Assembly: GCA_000004695.1 (NCBI GenBank)
Contig: CM000153.2
Location: forward strand, 5,344,001-5,408,000
Length of the DNA stretch: 64,000 bases
Source: Dictyostelium discoideum
Lineage: Eukaryota
Direction of reading: 5' to 3'
The position numbers and the translations under genes are program-made. Shown here in pieces: positions 52,807 through 64,000 of this stretch; position 1 is the stretch's first letter; each line of letters starts with the position of its first letter. Below the pieces are notes generated by a model. That model had not been told where the DNA came from. It did not search any database and saw only the letters and a list, made by a program, of their open reading frames with translations.

Positions 52807-53048
52807 ATTAAAATTTTTTAAAAAAAATAAATAATAATAATAATAATAAAAAACTGAAAAAAAAAAAAAACTGAAAAAAAAAAAAAACACACAAATTAAA
52901 TTATAATACAACAGATACACACACTCCCCTTCCCCCTTACTCCCTCCCCCCCTTCCTTTTAGTTTTATGTTTTTTTTAAAAATGTATATATATATTTATT
53001 TATTTAGTTAATTTTATTTTTATAAACGAAAAAGTAATTTGTTTTGAT

Positions 53049-54782
53049 TTAATAAAATAAAGTAATAAAGATTAATAATAATAAAAATAATGATGATGTT
53101 GATAATAATTTTGAAGTTGAATTACTTGAATATTTATCTTGATCACAAATTTTACCAGTTTTGGTTGGTAAACATTGGCATAGACCAGTGACAGGATTAC
53201 AAGTACCACTATTACTACAACCTTGTGTTGTTGTATTGGTTGAAGAAGTTGGAGAAGTGGTACCATTGGAAAATGATTGACCTGGGCAAAGTGAATAGAA
53301 TGAAATTGTTGAAGTATCACTATCTGGTGCTATATTATTTCTTTGACCATCAACAGTTATAACATAAGAGATTGGATTTTGTAAAATTTCAACACCAGCT
53401 TCATAGTAACATACAATTGTTGAACTTGTAATTTCTAATACTTTACATGGTTTATCAGCGATTGTAATTGTAGTATTTGTATAATTTGCCCAATTTGTAC
53501 CATAAAATGTGAAATTCAATTTATTATTAACATAAAATCCATTTGGAACAACTGCATCAATAATTGGTTTTTGATAATGTGATTTAAATTCATTCGAATC
53601 ATGATTAACATTATTCCCAACTGATCTTGAAAAAATTGAAAATGAAATTGAATCATTTAAATTTCTTTGTGGGAATTTACATTTTTTATAATAAATATTA
53701 TTATTACTTGATGATGAAGTTGTTGCTTTTGTTGATGATGATGAAGAATCTGATGTTGATGATAATGTGTCATCACCATTGTCATCATCATCAGTATTTG
53801 AATCTTTAATTAAAATTGTTGAACAATTTAATTTTGTTGATGGTGATAAATAAATATCAGATAAGTAACTACCAGTTATATTAATTGTATCACCATTATA
53901 ATTTGGAAAATCAACATTTGTAATTATTGGTGTTAAATATAATGGTAATGTATTTGATTGTTGAGAATTTGCATTTACATAGATATTACCACTTGAAGAA
54001 TCACTATTAATTTTAATTAATAAATTTGTATCGTTAATTGATAAGATATCAGTTAACTTTGTAATGATTAATGAATCATTATTAAAATCATGGATTTCAA
54101 CGAAAACTAATTTCATTGATTGTTTTGATCCAAAATTTGTACCACTAATATTAAGATATTGTTGAGTGGTTTTATTATTATTATCTTTAATGTCAACAAC
54201 TGATAATGATTCAATATTTGGTAATTCATATTTGAATTTAATTGAATTTGATTTTTTACCACTATCAACATTTGTTAATGATATGGTTAGAGGTGTTTGG
54301 AAAAAACTTGGTGGATAGAATTTAACGGAATCAGATGCTGTTGAATTTATATCAACATTTGAACCACCAATGGTAACAAGTAAATGAGTTGATGTTTTGT
54401 TTGTTTCTGGATTTGAATTTGCGTTGAAATAGAATCCTCTAATTGTGATTTCAATTGATGATGTTGGTATTACTTTTGGATCCATACTTGAAATATATGG
54501 TGATAATACAACTGTGGTTATATCAATTACATTTGTACCTTCTTCTTTATCATACACCAAGAATCCACCATTAATTGATTTGGCTGGTGGGAAACATGTC
54601 AATATTGTAGTATTAATTGAACATAGTTGAGTAATATCACCAATATTTGAAAAGGAAATTGTATATTTGTCAATGGTTTTATCAAATTCTCCAGTAACTA
54701 TTATTTTTTCATTTGTTTGACTATAACCACATTTTGATAATATTATTGAATTTATTATTAAAAATAATAATAATAATAATTT

Positions 54783-54785
<3 letters not shown>
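53049..54785 (-). CDS. Secreted / GPI-anchored-type cell-surface protein (~579 aa) with IPT/TIG-like beta-sandwich repeats, a Ser-rich linker, a C-terminal EGF-like domain and a hydrophobic C-terminus
   Basis: The listed ORF starts in a poly-A tract; the biologically plausible start is the ATG at 54785-54783 (MKLLLLLFLIINSIILSKC signal peptide). It has repeated ~90-aa units with conserved C…C pairs, and an EGF-like C-terminus QGCSNSGTCNPVTGLCQCLPTKTGKICDQ. A hydrophobic tail LLSTSSLFLLLLIFITLFY follows with no cytoplasmic residues. Confidence 0.65.
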
Positions 54786-54822
<37 letters not shown>

Positions 54823-56078
54823 ATTATAATATAGAATAATTTATGAATAATTAAATTATACAAATAATAAAATTATGTGAAAAAAAAATTAATATTGAGT
54901 TTAATAATCAAATTAAAAAAAAAAAAAAAAAAAATAAAAATAAGAAAAAAAAAAAAAAAAAATTTTTTTAATTGGGGTTTTATTAATCAAATAAAAAATT
55001 TAAAAAAATATATTTAAAAATTAAAAATTAAAAATTAAAAATAAATAATAATAATAATAAAAAAAAACTTGTATGATTCTAAGCTGTGGTCAATAGAAAA
55101 TTTTGAATATGTAATTGTGGGGTTTTTTTTTTTTGTGTATGATTTAAAGAAAAACCACTAATATTAGAATTTTAAACACATACATTTTGACGGTTAAATT
55201 AAATAAACATGTGGCATACCACCACCACCAACCCCTTGATGTTAAAAATAAATAACAAAAAAAAAAATAAAAATAAAAATAAAAAAATTAAACTTCCCAT
55301 TTTGATAGTGGTGTCTTTATCTATTTTCTGAAATTTTCTATTTTTATTTTCACACACAATCAAAAGAAATATTTTTTAAATTTATGATGTGTAAAAAAAA
55401 AAAAAAGTTTTTATTGATAAATTGTTTTCAGCTTTTTCAAGCTTCTTTTAATTTTCTTTTATATTTTTTTTTTTTTTTTTTTTTATTTATTTCTTTTTTT
55501 CTTCCTCCCAATTTTTATTTGTTTGTTGAGAACCTTTGGTAACCTCTTTGACTTTATATAATTGGTTTTTTATTTTTATTAACTCTTTTCTTTAAATTAT
55601 TACTTCTTTCTGCTGCAAAAATCAGACCTAAACTCTAGTATAAAAGGAAGAGGAAAGCCATTAGCCAAAATTGAATGACAAAAAGAGTTCAAATCTTTAA
55701 AGTTTGACTTCTTTTGGCTGCAAAAATCATACCATTTATTTTTTCCTGATTTATTTGATTTTAATTATAAATATATAAATTCAAACATTATAATTATAAA
55801 AATAAAAAAAAATAATAAAAAAAAGTTATTAACTTTAAAATAAAGTTTTTTTATTATTCATCTGGTTAATATTTTCCAAGACCTTCATAAGTTCTTTTTT
55901 TGTTTACTTTTCCTATGAAACAGATTTTTAATAAAAAAAATATATAAATAAGTAAAAATAAAAAAAAACAGTGGGATAAATATAAAAAAAAAAAAAAAAA
56001 ATGATAAACCATTTTTATCTCTACGTGTCAATAAAAAACAAGTAAAAATAATTAAGACTTAATGCATTTATTTTTGGA

Positions 56079-56109
<31 letters not shown>

Positions 56110-56399
56110 CGACCAAATAAAAAAAAAAGTCAAAATTTAGGACTTTTTTATTTGTTTTTGGTAAAAAAAAAAGGATAATTTTTTTTTTTTTTTTTATTCC
56201 AAAAAAACAAATAAAAATAATTCCAAATTTGGTATACAAAATTTAAACGATATGAAAAATATCAATAACATGTAAAAATAAAAAAAAAAAAAATAAAAAA
56301 TAAAAAATAAAAAAAAAAAAAAAAAAACATTTCATTTGAAATTTTTAAAAATAAAAAAAAACAAAAAAAAAAAAAAAGAGATACACACATACAACAAAA

Positions 56400-57252
56400 A
56401 TGGTATGAAAAAATGAAAATAAAAATAAAAATAACAAGTATTTATTATTATTATTATTTGACTAACTTTTGTTTTTTTATTATTTTTTAGTCATTAGCAC
56501 AAACAAGATTAACAGAAGAAAGAAAAGCATTTCGAAAAGATCACCCAGTGGTAAGTTCGAATTAATTAATTTCTTTTTTTTTTAAATATTAACTTATTAA
56601 TTTAGTCAATCCCTGTATATTTATATATTTAAACATATATACACAAATATGTTTATAGGGTTTTCATGCTAGACCAGTAACAAATGCAGATGATACATTA
56701 AATTTATTAAAATGGACTTGTGGAGTTCCAGGAAAAGTAGGTACACCATGGGAAGGAGGTATTTATGATGTAACAATAACATTTAAAGATGATTATCCAA
56801 GTAGACCACCAGTATGTTCATTTCCAAAAGGATTCTTTCACTTAAATTGTTTTCCAAGTGGTGATATTTGTTTATCAATTCTTAATAATGAATGGAAACC
56901 ATCAATCTCTATAAAAAATGTATGCTATAGCATTATTCATATTTATATTTAGAATTTACACCTCTAATCTGTGTGTGTGATAAATTTAGTTGATGCTAAT
57001 AAAGTATAATTTATAGATTTTATTAGGTATACAAGAATTATTAGATAGTCCAAATCCAGATAGTGCTGCAAATAGTGAAGCTTATTCATTATGGAAGTAT
57101 GTTATTTTTATATTTTTCTTTTTTTTTTTCACTAATATGTATTTAATAATTAATAATTAATAATTAATAATAACAGGAAAGATAAAGCAGGTTATTTAAA
57201 GAGAATAAAAGATCAAGCTAAATTGTATGATGCTCAAAGACTATTGGAATGA
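56400..57252 (+). CDS. ubc9: SUMO-conjugating enzyme UBC9 (E2). Five exons: 56400-56402, 56491-56550, 56659-56919, 57016-57096, 57177-57252. There is an apparent +1 frameshift near 57060.
   Basis: M|SLAQTRLTEERKAFRKDHPV|GFHARPVTNADDTLNLLKWTCGVPGKVGTPWEGGIYDVTITFKDDYPSRPPVCSFPKGFFHLNCFPSGDICLSILNNEWKPSISIKN|ILLGIQELLDSPNPD…SAANSEAYSLWK|KDKAGYLKRIKDQAKLYDAQRLLE is colinear with human UBE2I, including the HPxGF motif and the catalytic Cys. All introns have GTATG/GTAAG donors and TAG/CAG acceptors. As printed, exon 4 is 81 nt and has one extra nucleotide around 57060-57061. Confidence 0.8.
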
Positions 57253-57393
57253 AAAAAAAAACAAAAAATAAATAAATAATTGTACAAACAAAAAAAAAGA
57301 AAAAAAAAAAAAGAAAAAAGAATTAAAAAAAAGAATAAATTTAAGAATACTATTTTATTTTAATTACATTAAATAATGATTAGCTAGTTTTTT

Positions 57394-57425
<32 letters not shown>

Positions 57426-57495
57426 TTATTTATTATTTATTTACTATTTATTTACTATTTATTATTTATATATTCAATTATTTTATTTTATTTAT

Positions 57496-59241
57496 TTATT
57501 TATTTTTTAAATAATTTGTAATTAGTCTAGCAGTATTTTTTGAAGATATAGTTGTTGTTTCAATAGTAGATACAGAATGTTCGAAAGCATTATTATAGAA
57601 TAAACCTTGATCTATAATGATTGGTGGGAATTTTTGAGCTGGTGTCAATACTGGATATGCACTCCAAACATGATAATGTAATAATTCAGGTTTAATAAAG
57701 AATTTATCAATTAATTTTGAATCTAATTTCTTTGGAGCAAATATTTTAAAAACTTGTCTTCCATCATCAAGTTTACCCTATATGAAAATAATTAATAATT
57801 AATAATTAATAAATAATAAAGAAAAATGACTAATAAATATAATAAAAGTTACCCTTGAATTTTCACAAAGACTAAAGAATGGTAAAGATTTATTAAAAGA
57901 AGTTAAAATACAATCAATTGGATGATCTTTTGGATAACCAAAATATTCAGCATTGATTGAATTTGCAGCAATTAAATGAACATGAACTTTTTTATAATCT
58001 TTTTTTGGTATTGTTTCATGAGTGAATGGTAAACCTGTGAATTTAATATTTGAGAATTCAATAGGTGTTGAAATTACAACAATATCAAATTCCTCGATTG
58101 ATATTTGATTATTATTTGATAAATCTTTTGATGTAATTTTATAAATAATTTTTTTATTTTTTTCATCATCATTATCATCATCATCATGATCAATTAAAAC
58201 TTTTTCAATTTCAATAACTTCATGAGTTGATAAAACTTTTGATTTTGTATTATTTAATAATGCCTCAGATATTTGATAATTACCACCTTGAACAGAGAAT
58301 AAACCATCATCAGTACCTGCCAAACCAATGAATGCAGCAAATGCTGATAAATTATCATAATCTTGATTATAATTTACTCTCATACCAGCCGATAAAATAT
58401 CTTCAACAAATTCAGTTGAAATTCCTAACTTATCACAAAAATGTTCTTTTGCTGTTGATTTAGTAACTTCTAATAAACCTAAATTTTTATAAAATTCTTC
58501 AACACTTTTAAATGGTTCACTATTATTATAACCTTTTAAAAATTTATTTATAACATCATCTCTAGCATCTTTACAAAAATAATAATTAAATAATTTTAAT
58601 TTTAATTTTTTTGGTAAAATAAAAATAAAAATAAAAATTGAAAAAAAAAAAAATTGGAAAAACTTACTTTTAAATTTAATTGGTGACATAAAATAATTAT
58701 ATAACATTTTTAATTGATTAACTATTGTATATGGGTGTTGTGAAAAAACAAATTCTTTACCATTCCAAATTACTAAATTTTTATTATCAACTTCTTCAGA
58801 TTTTTTAATTTTTAAACCAAGTTTATTTATTAATCCAATTATATTTTCATTTAATGGGTGAACGACACTACCACCTAATTCAGTGTATTTACCTTGAATA
58901 TCGATATTTCTAGTTCTACCACCAATTTTTTCCTTTTCAAAAACTGTAATTTCAATTGGTTTATCAATTCTATCTGATAATGATTCTTCATTAATATAGT
59001 ATGCACATGATGATCCTCCAATACCTGATCCAATAATTGCAATCTTTATTGGTTCAACAGGTTCAAAATGATTATGTGATTTTATTTCTTCTTTTTCATT
59101 ATTATTATGTTGATGTTGATGATCAGTTTCAAAGAATGGATGGTTATGTGGTGTATTTTTATTTTCATTACCACTACATTCTATAATTGAATTTAAAAAT
59201 AAAGAAATTAAAAAAATTATTAAAATATTATGTTTTATCAT
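57496..59241 (-). CDS. Prenylcysteine oxidase (FAD-dependent). Exons 59241-58668, 58568-57853 and 57777-57496; ~523 aa.
   Basis: Signal peptide plus an FAD-binding motif IAIIGSGIGGSSCAYY…FEKEKIGGR. A GTAAGT donor lies at 58667 with a 99-nt in-frame intron, which is why the listed ORF reads through it. A GTAAC donor lies at 57852 and the acceptor TAG at 57779-57778. Exon 3 encodes GKLDDGRQVFKIFAPKKLDSKLIDKFFIKPELLHYHVWSAYPVLTPAQ… to a stop at 57498-57496. Exon lengths of 574, 716 and 282 nt close the frame. Confidence 0.75.
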
Positions 59242-59464
59242 TTTTTTTTTTTTTGTTTTATTATTTAAATAATAATAATCTAAAGAAATTAAATTGTTTT
59301 TTTATTTTTTAAATTAAATTTTTAATTTAAAAAAAAAAAAAAAAAAAATGATTGTTGGGCAATTTACAAAAAAAAAAAAAAAAAAATTAAAAAAAATAAA
59401 AAAAAAAAAGAAAATCTTTTTTTTTTATTGTGAAATATATATGAAAATAAGATTTCATTTAAAT

Positions 59465-59699
59465 TTATTTATTTTGTTTATAATAGTAAAAATAACTTGG
59501 GCCAATATGTGGCTTTAAAGTGTGTGTTAAAAAATATTTTAAACTAATTTGTGTTCCAAATAATATATTATCAATTTCTAACTCTCCATACAAACTATCA
59601 GGATTCATCCTAAAAAAAGGTTAAAATTAAAGTAATAATAAATAAAAAAATTATTTATTAGTAATGTAATGTTTTTTAATTTTTTAAGAAAATATATTA

Positions 59700-59730
<31 letters not shown>

Positions 59731-59973
59731 TTACCTTTTAATCTCTCTAACCATATTATCTTTTTCTAAAATTAAATCTTTTTCTGAACCATTTTCAAAT
59801 AATATATAAATTATTATACTATAACAATAAATATTATTATTATTAAATCTAGCCTGTATTGTTAAAAATCCTAAATCAGATGATTGTATAGTATTTTCTA
59901 AATATTCACTTTTATTGTACCTTGAAAGTTGATATATTAACCCATTATTAATTGATCCAGTTATTTGCTCCAT
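59465..59973 (-). CDS. Small hypothetical protein (~128 aa). Exons ~59973-59733 and 59609-59465; fold unknown (roadblock/longin-size).
   Basis: The listed ORF MEQITGSINNGLIYQLSRYNKSEYLENTIQSSDLGFLTIQARFNNNNIYCYSIIIYILFENGSEKDLILEKDNMVREIK ends at a GTAAAT donor. The acceptor TTTTTTTAG at 59611-59610 continues in phase as RMNPDSLYGELEIDNILFGTQISLKYFLTHTLKPHIGPSYFYYYKQNK*. My reading of the printed sequence differs from the ORF track by 2 nt near 59820, so the exon-1 coordinates are approximate. Confidence 0.4.
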
Positions 59974-60658
59974 TTTTATTTTAATTTATTATAAAGATAT
60001 TTTTATTTTTATTTTTAACTAAAAATAGTTTTGTTTATTTTTCTTTTTTTTTTTTTTTTTTTTTTTCTAAAAAAATAAATTAAACCTTTTTTTTTTTTTC
60101 TTTTTTTTTTTTTTTTATTTTTTAATTTTGAAATAATTAAACAATAATAAAAAAAAATAAAAAAAAAAACAATATCTTTCCATTATTATAAAACTATTGA
60201 ATACAATCGGAAGAATCTTAATTTTTTTATACATTATTATAAATATATTCCATTATAATAATTATTTTTTACAATAAAAAAAAAAAAAAAAAAAAAAAAT
60301 CGCCAAATCTTTAATTTTTTAAAAACCCATAGAATTTTATGTCAAATTATTTTTGATAAATTTTAGTTATAAAAAAAAAAAAAAAATTGCTCTCGACGTT
60401 TTATAATACAAAAATGATGAAAATAAGAGAATAAAAAAAAAAAAAAAAAATAACACCGAATAGTAAATCCAAATAAACATAATAATAAAAATAATAATTA
60501 GTAAATAAATGAATAATAATAAAAAAAAAAAAATAAATAAATATATAAAATGAAAATTTAGTAAATTATTTATGTACAAATAGGTTTTTTTTTTTTTTAT
60601 TTTTTATTTTTATTTTTGTAATGTTAAAGTTAGGGGATATCATCAAATTGTATTGAAA

Positions 60659-61023
60659 TTATCTAATTGATTCACAAGCATCAATCCAATCACTATAAAC
60701 GTCTATGGCATCTGATAACTCTGCATGTTTTTTTTATTTTTTAAATAATGACGAAATGAAAATAAAAAAGAATTAGTATTTCTATTAATTATTGTGTGTG
60801 TATGTGAGTGGATTTATTAAAAAGAAAAAATAATAAACATACCATGAATTGGTGTTTCATATGAGGCATTACAAACTCTGCACTTGGCAACTCCTTTACC
60901 AAGTTCTCTATCTAATATACAATCTACAGACTGAGAATGGGCACAAAATAAGCAATCAAAATGCTTTGGGAGTTTTTGAACTACCTTTTTTGGGGGTGGC
61001 TTACTTGATTTACGCTTACCCAT
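60659..61023 (-). CDS. elof1: Transcription elongation factor 1 homolog (ELOF1 / Elf1). Exons 61023-60843 and 60720-60659; 80 aa.
   Basis: [13 protein letters not shown]…[39 protein letters not shown]|[20 protein letters not shown] matches human MGRRKSKRKPPPKKK…FTCPFCNHEKSCDVKMDR…CTVCLEEFQTPI…[12 protein letters not shown], including the four-Cys zinc ribbon. A GTATGT donor lies at 60842 and the acceptor CAG at 60722-60721; 181 + 62 nt are in frame. Confidence 0.85.
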
Positions 61024-61112
61024 ATTATTTATATATGTGTTTATATATATAAAATAATGTGTAAAAAAAAAAAAAATTATAATTTAAATTAAAAAAAAAA
61101 AAAAAAATTTTC

Positions 61113-61149
<37 letters not shown>

Positions 61150-61182
61150 TTTATTTTATTTTTATTTTTATTTTTATTTTTA

Positions 61183-61213
<31 letters not shown>

Positions 61214-61460
61214 TTCATTTTTATTTTTTACCAAATTAAAAACATTTTTGAAACACAAACAAAAAGGGAGGCAATTTTTATGTTGGGGATGAAGTAAAAA
61301 AAAAAAAAAAAAAAAAACAAAAAAAAAAAAAAAAAAAAAACAGAATATATTATTCCTTTTTTTATTATTAAAAATAACTATAAAAAAAATTAAATCTTTA
61401 AAATTTTTCATTTTGTTTTTTATATAAAGTAATAGAATTTTTATTTTTATTTTTACTATT

Positions 61461-61496
<36 letters not shown>

Positions 61497-61588
61497 GGTA
61501 TTTTTAATTTGGATTTAATAAATAATTTCGATATCTTCTCTTTAAATAGTTTTTTTTTTTTTTTTTTTTTTTTCCAAAATGTATCAAG

Positions 61589-61746
61589 TTAATTACACAT
61601 ATATGGTCTTGTAAACATAGCACCACTATACAATTTATTGGTTGCAGTTACTTGATTTAATGATGATGATAAAGAAGAGGATTCTTGGCTATTAATTGTG
61701 ATTTTGTTGTTTGATTTTTCAACGGTGGTTAATGAAATTAATGATT
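61589..61746 (-). CDS. Possible 3'-terminal exon of an unidentified minus-strand gene (…[51 protein letters not shown])
   Basis: An open frame of ~52 codons follows a TTTATAG acceptor at 61748-61747 and has non-repetitive composition. I could not identify the upstream exons. Confidence 0.2.
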
Positions 61747-63023
61747 CTATAAAAATATTTAAAAAATTAGTAAGTATTTAATCTTTTTTTATTTTATTTT
61801 ATTTCTTTTTTTATATTTTCACACATACTGAATAACATTTTAAAGATAGTTTTTTTTTTTTTTTTTTTAATAAAATAAATAAATAAATAAGTAAATAAAT
61901 TAATAAATAAATAATTAGTTTTTTTAATAAAGTAAATAAATAAATAAGTAAATAAATTAATAAATAAATAATTTTTTAAAATCTTTTTTTTTAATAAATA
62001 AATAAATAAATAATTGTTTTTGAATGATTTTTTTTTTTTTTTCTTTATTAAAAAATATTCCTATTTATACTTTTTTTTATATATATTTCCTTTTTTAATA
62101 TTAATTTTTGTTAAAATAATTTAGTAGTGTTTTCTTTTTTTTTTAAAAAAAATGAATAGTTAAATTTGATTATAATTATTTGAAATAATTTCCTTTTTAA
62201 AAACATTACTTGGTGGGAATTTCTCCCCCAATAAAAAATAAAATCCTTTTAAGATTTTTTTTTTTTAAAACATAAAAATAAATAAAGTAAAAATAAAGAT
62301 TATTTTTAAAAAAAAAAATATTGCACATTGCCACACTAAATTGATTGATTTTTTAAAAATAAAAATAATTATATAAAATTCAAAATTATTTTAAAATTTA
62401 CGAAAATTAGTAAATAGCCCAATAGGAAAATCTAATTCATACTTGTACTAATAAAATCCCTATTTTTGGCAATAAGTTTTCAAACCGAAATATTAAACAT
62501 AATATCAGAGATTTTAAAAAAAAATCCTGATCAATAATAATTTTTTTTATTATAATATTATTTATTTGAATATAAAATTTTCTTTTTTTTTTTTTTTTTT
62601 CTTATTATTATTTTAATTTAAACAAAAAGTGTAATTATTTTTTTTTTTTTTTTTCTCCTCTTTATTGTTTTCAATTTAATTTTGATTTTATTTAATTTAA
62701 AATTTATAACCACTTTTAAAATAATAAAAAATAATTTTAAAATTATTATTTATTATTATTATTTTTTTTTTTTTTTTTTTTTAAACATTTTTTTTAAACA
62801 TTTTTTTTTTTTTTAAATTTTAATCTATAAAAACAAATACATATTAAAAATTAAATATAACTTTATAAAATTTTTAAAATTAAAATTAAAATACATTTAA
62901 AAAAAATGTTAAAATTGAATTGAAAAAATAAAAAAAATTAAACATTTTATATTTATTTTTATATAATTTTATAAAAGAAAAAAAAAAAACAATAATATAA
63001 ATAAAGAAAATAAATAATTAAAC

Positions 63024-63126
63024 ATGAAAAAAATAATAAATTTAATAATGATTTTTTTTTTAATAAATGAAATTATAGGATTTGAATATAAAAATATAAA
63101 TACTATAATAATTAACAATAATAATG

Positions 63127-63158
<32 letters not shown>

Positions 63159-63542
63159 TTAAATAAAATCCAATGTAATGATAATTCATTGTATCCATTT
63201 GATTTACCAGTATTAATTTATATTGTATCATTAGTTGAAAGAAATGATATTAATAATGAAATTAATAATAATAATGAAAATGAATCAAATAAATTTTTAA
63301 CAGCAACAGTTAATGGTAGAACATGTTTAAGTCAAGGTATTGATAATAATTTATCATTTGAATTATCAATTGGTTCAAATGTAACAATTCCACAACAATT
63401 ATTAGAAAAAGAATTTGAAGCAAAATATATAAATATTAATTTTCGTGGTGAAATTTTATCATTTCCTGATTTATCAATTTTAATTAAACATAATAATTTT
63501 CCAGATACATATCATATTGAAACTATATTTAAAAAATTTTAA
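63024..63542 (+). CDS. Hypothetical secreted protein (172 aa) with an N-terminal signal peptide and a poly-Asn insert
   Basis: MKKIINLIMIFFLINEIIG is signal-like. The C-terminal 100 aa has normal complexity (…TATVNGRTCLSQGIDNNLSFELSIGSNVTIPQQLLEKEFEAKYININFRGEILSFPDLSILIKHNNFPDTYHIETIFKKF). Confidence 0.5.
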
Positions 63543-63709
63543 TTTAAATAAAATAATCATAAATGTGTATATATATATATATTATTTTATTTTATTCCTT
63601 TAATTATAATTATAACTATTTTTATTTTTTATTTTTTTTATTTTTAAATATTATTTATTTATTTTATTTTATTTATTTTTATTTATTTTTATTTATTTAA
63701 TTCTATTAA

Positions 63710-64000
63710 CTATTGATTCCAATTTAAATTTGGTTTTACAAAAATAAAATTATTTGTATTTTTAGTTTTTGATAATTCTTTGTTAAAACGTTTAGAGATA
63801 ATTTTAAAATGAGGTAAATTTAATTTACCAGCAACTAAAGGTAATAGAATATGTTTAATTTCATGAGTAGAATCGGGATGAATTGAGAAAGTTGATTGTT
63901 TATCACCAGAAAAGAAGAAAGGAATATCAGAATTACCATAACTTGGTGGATTAATAACTTGTAGATCAAATTCTTGTAAAAAGTTTGTATTATTTTTAAT
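63710..64000 (-). CDS. 3' end of a minus-strand gene that continues beyond the window end (…FDLQVINPPSYGNSDIPFFFSGDKQSTFSIHPDSTHEIKHILLPLVAGKLNLPHFKIISKRFNKELSKTKNTNNFIFVKPNLNWNQ*)
   Basis: 97 codons open to base 64000, with a stop at 63712-63710. The composition is normal, unlike the flanking AT-rich DNA. Confidence 0.45.
   Translation of the reverse strand: MKNNTNFLQEFDLQVINPPSYGNSDIPFFFSGDKQSTFSIHPDSTHEIKHILLPLVAGKLNLPHFKIISKRFNKELSKTKNTNNFIFVKPNLNWNQ

Overview
The sequence is about 75–80% A+T, with long homopolymer A/T tracts, in-frame (AAT)n and (CAA)n runs that encode poly-Asn and poly-Gln, GTAAGT/GTATGT…AG introns of 75–120 nt, and two exact 100-N scaffold gaps. This is nuclear DNA from a dictyostelid social amoeba (Dictyostelium discoideum-like), not a prokaryote. 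I found no CRISPR array, operon or defence island, so no prokaryotic-style 'system' is present.

Genes I can support, in order:
- Two tandem paralogous genes encoding large membrane proteins with Chlamydia Pmp-type (GGAI/FxxN) beta-helix repeats, a Cys-rich module and a C-terminal multi-pass membrane domain.
- A small secreted Cys-rich protein.
- TFIIF beta / RAP30 (minus strand, 3 exons).
- A 749-aa low-complexity protein.
- A stand-alone ORF resembling a polyketide-synthase ketoreductase (KR) domain.
- An RNase III + dsRBD gene (mL44-like) whose last intron I inferred.
- A small 4-TM protein.
- A vatA pseudo-fragment inside a rearranged, non-AT-rich block.
- V-ATPase catalytic subunit A (vatA).
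- Phe-tRNA synthetase alpha subunit.
- GNL3 / nucleostemin-like circularly permuted GTPase.
- DNA polymerase kappa (DinB family).
- A duplicated ncRNA-like element with a DUSE promoter motif.
- Three cell-surface glycoprotein genes: a mucin-like type I protein, a Pmp-repeat type I protein and an IPT/EGF protein.
- A short-chain dehydrogenase/reductase (SDR).
- Nuclear cap-binding protein CBP20.
- UBC9, the SUMO E2 (5 exons, with an apparent 1-nt frameshift).
- Prenylcysteine oxidase (3 exons).
- ELOF1.
- Several small hypothetical proteins.

The most interesting observations are the isolated degenerate PKS-KR-like ORF, the duplicated candidate Pol III/snoRNA-like ncRNA with DUSE and box C/D motifs, and the rearranged 20–25 kb block carrying a vatA fragment copy. 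I also flag an in-frame stop inside a tandem repeat and a partial 5' gene duplication in that block, and three genes whose first exon appears to be just ATG.
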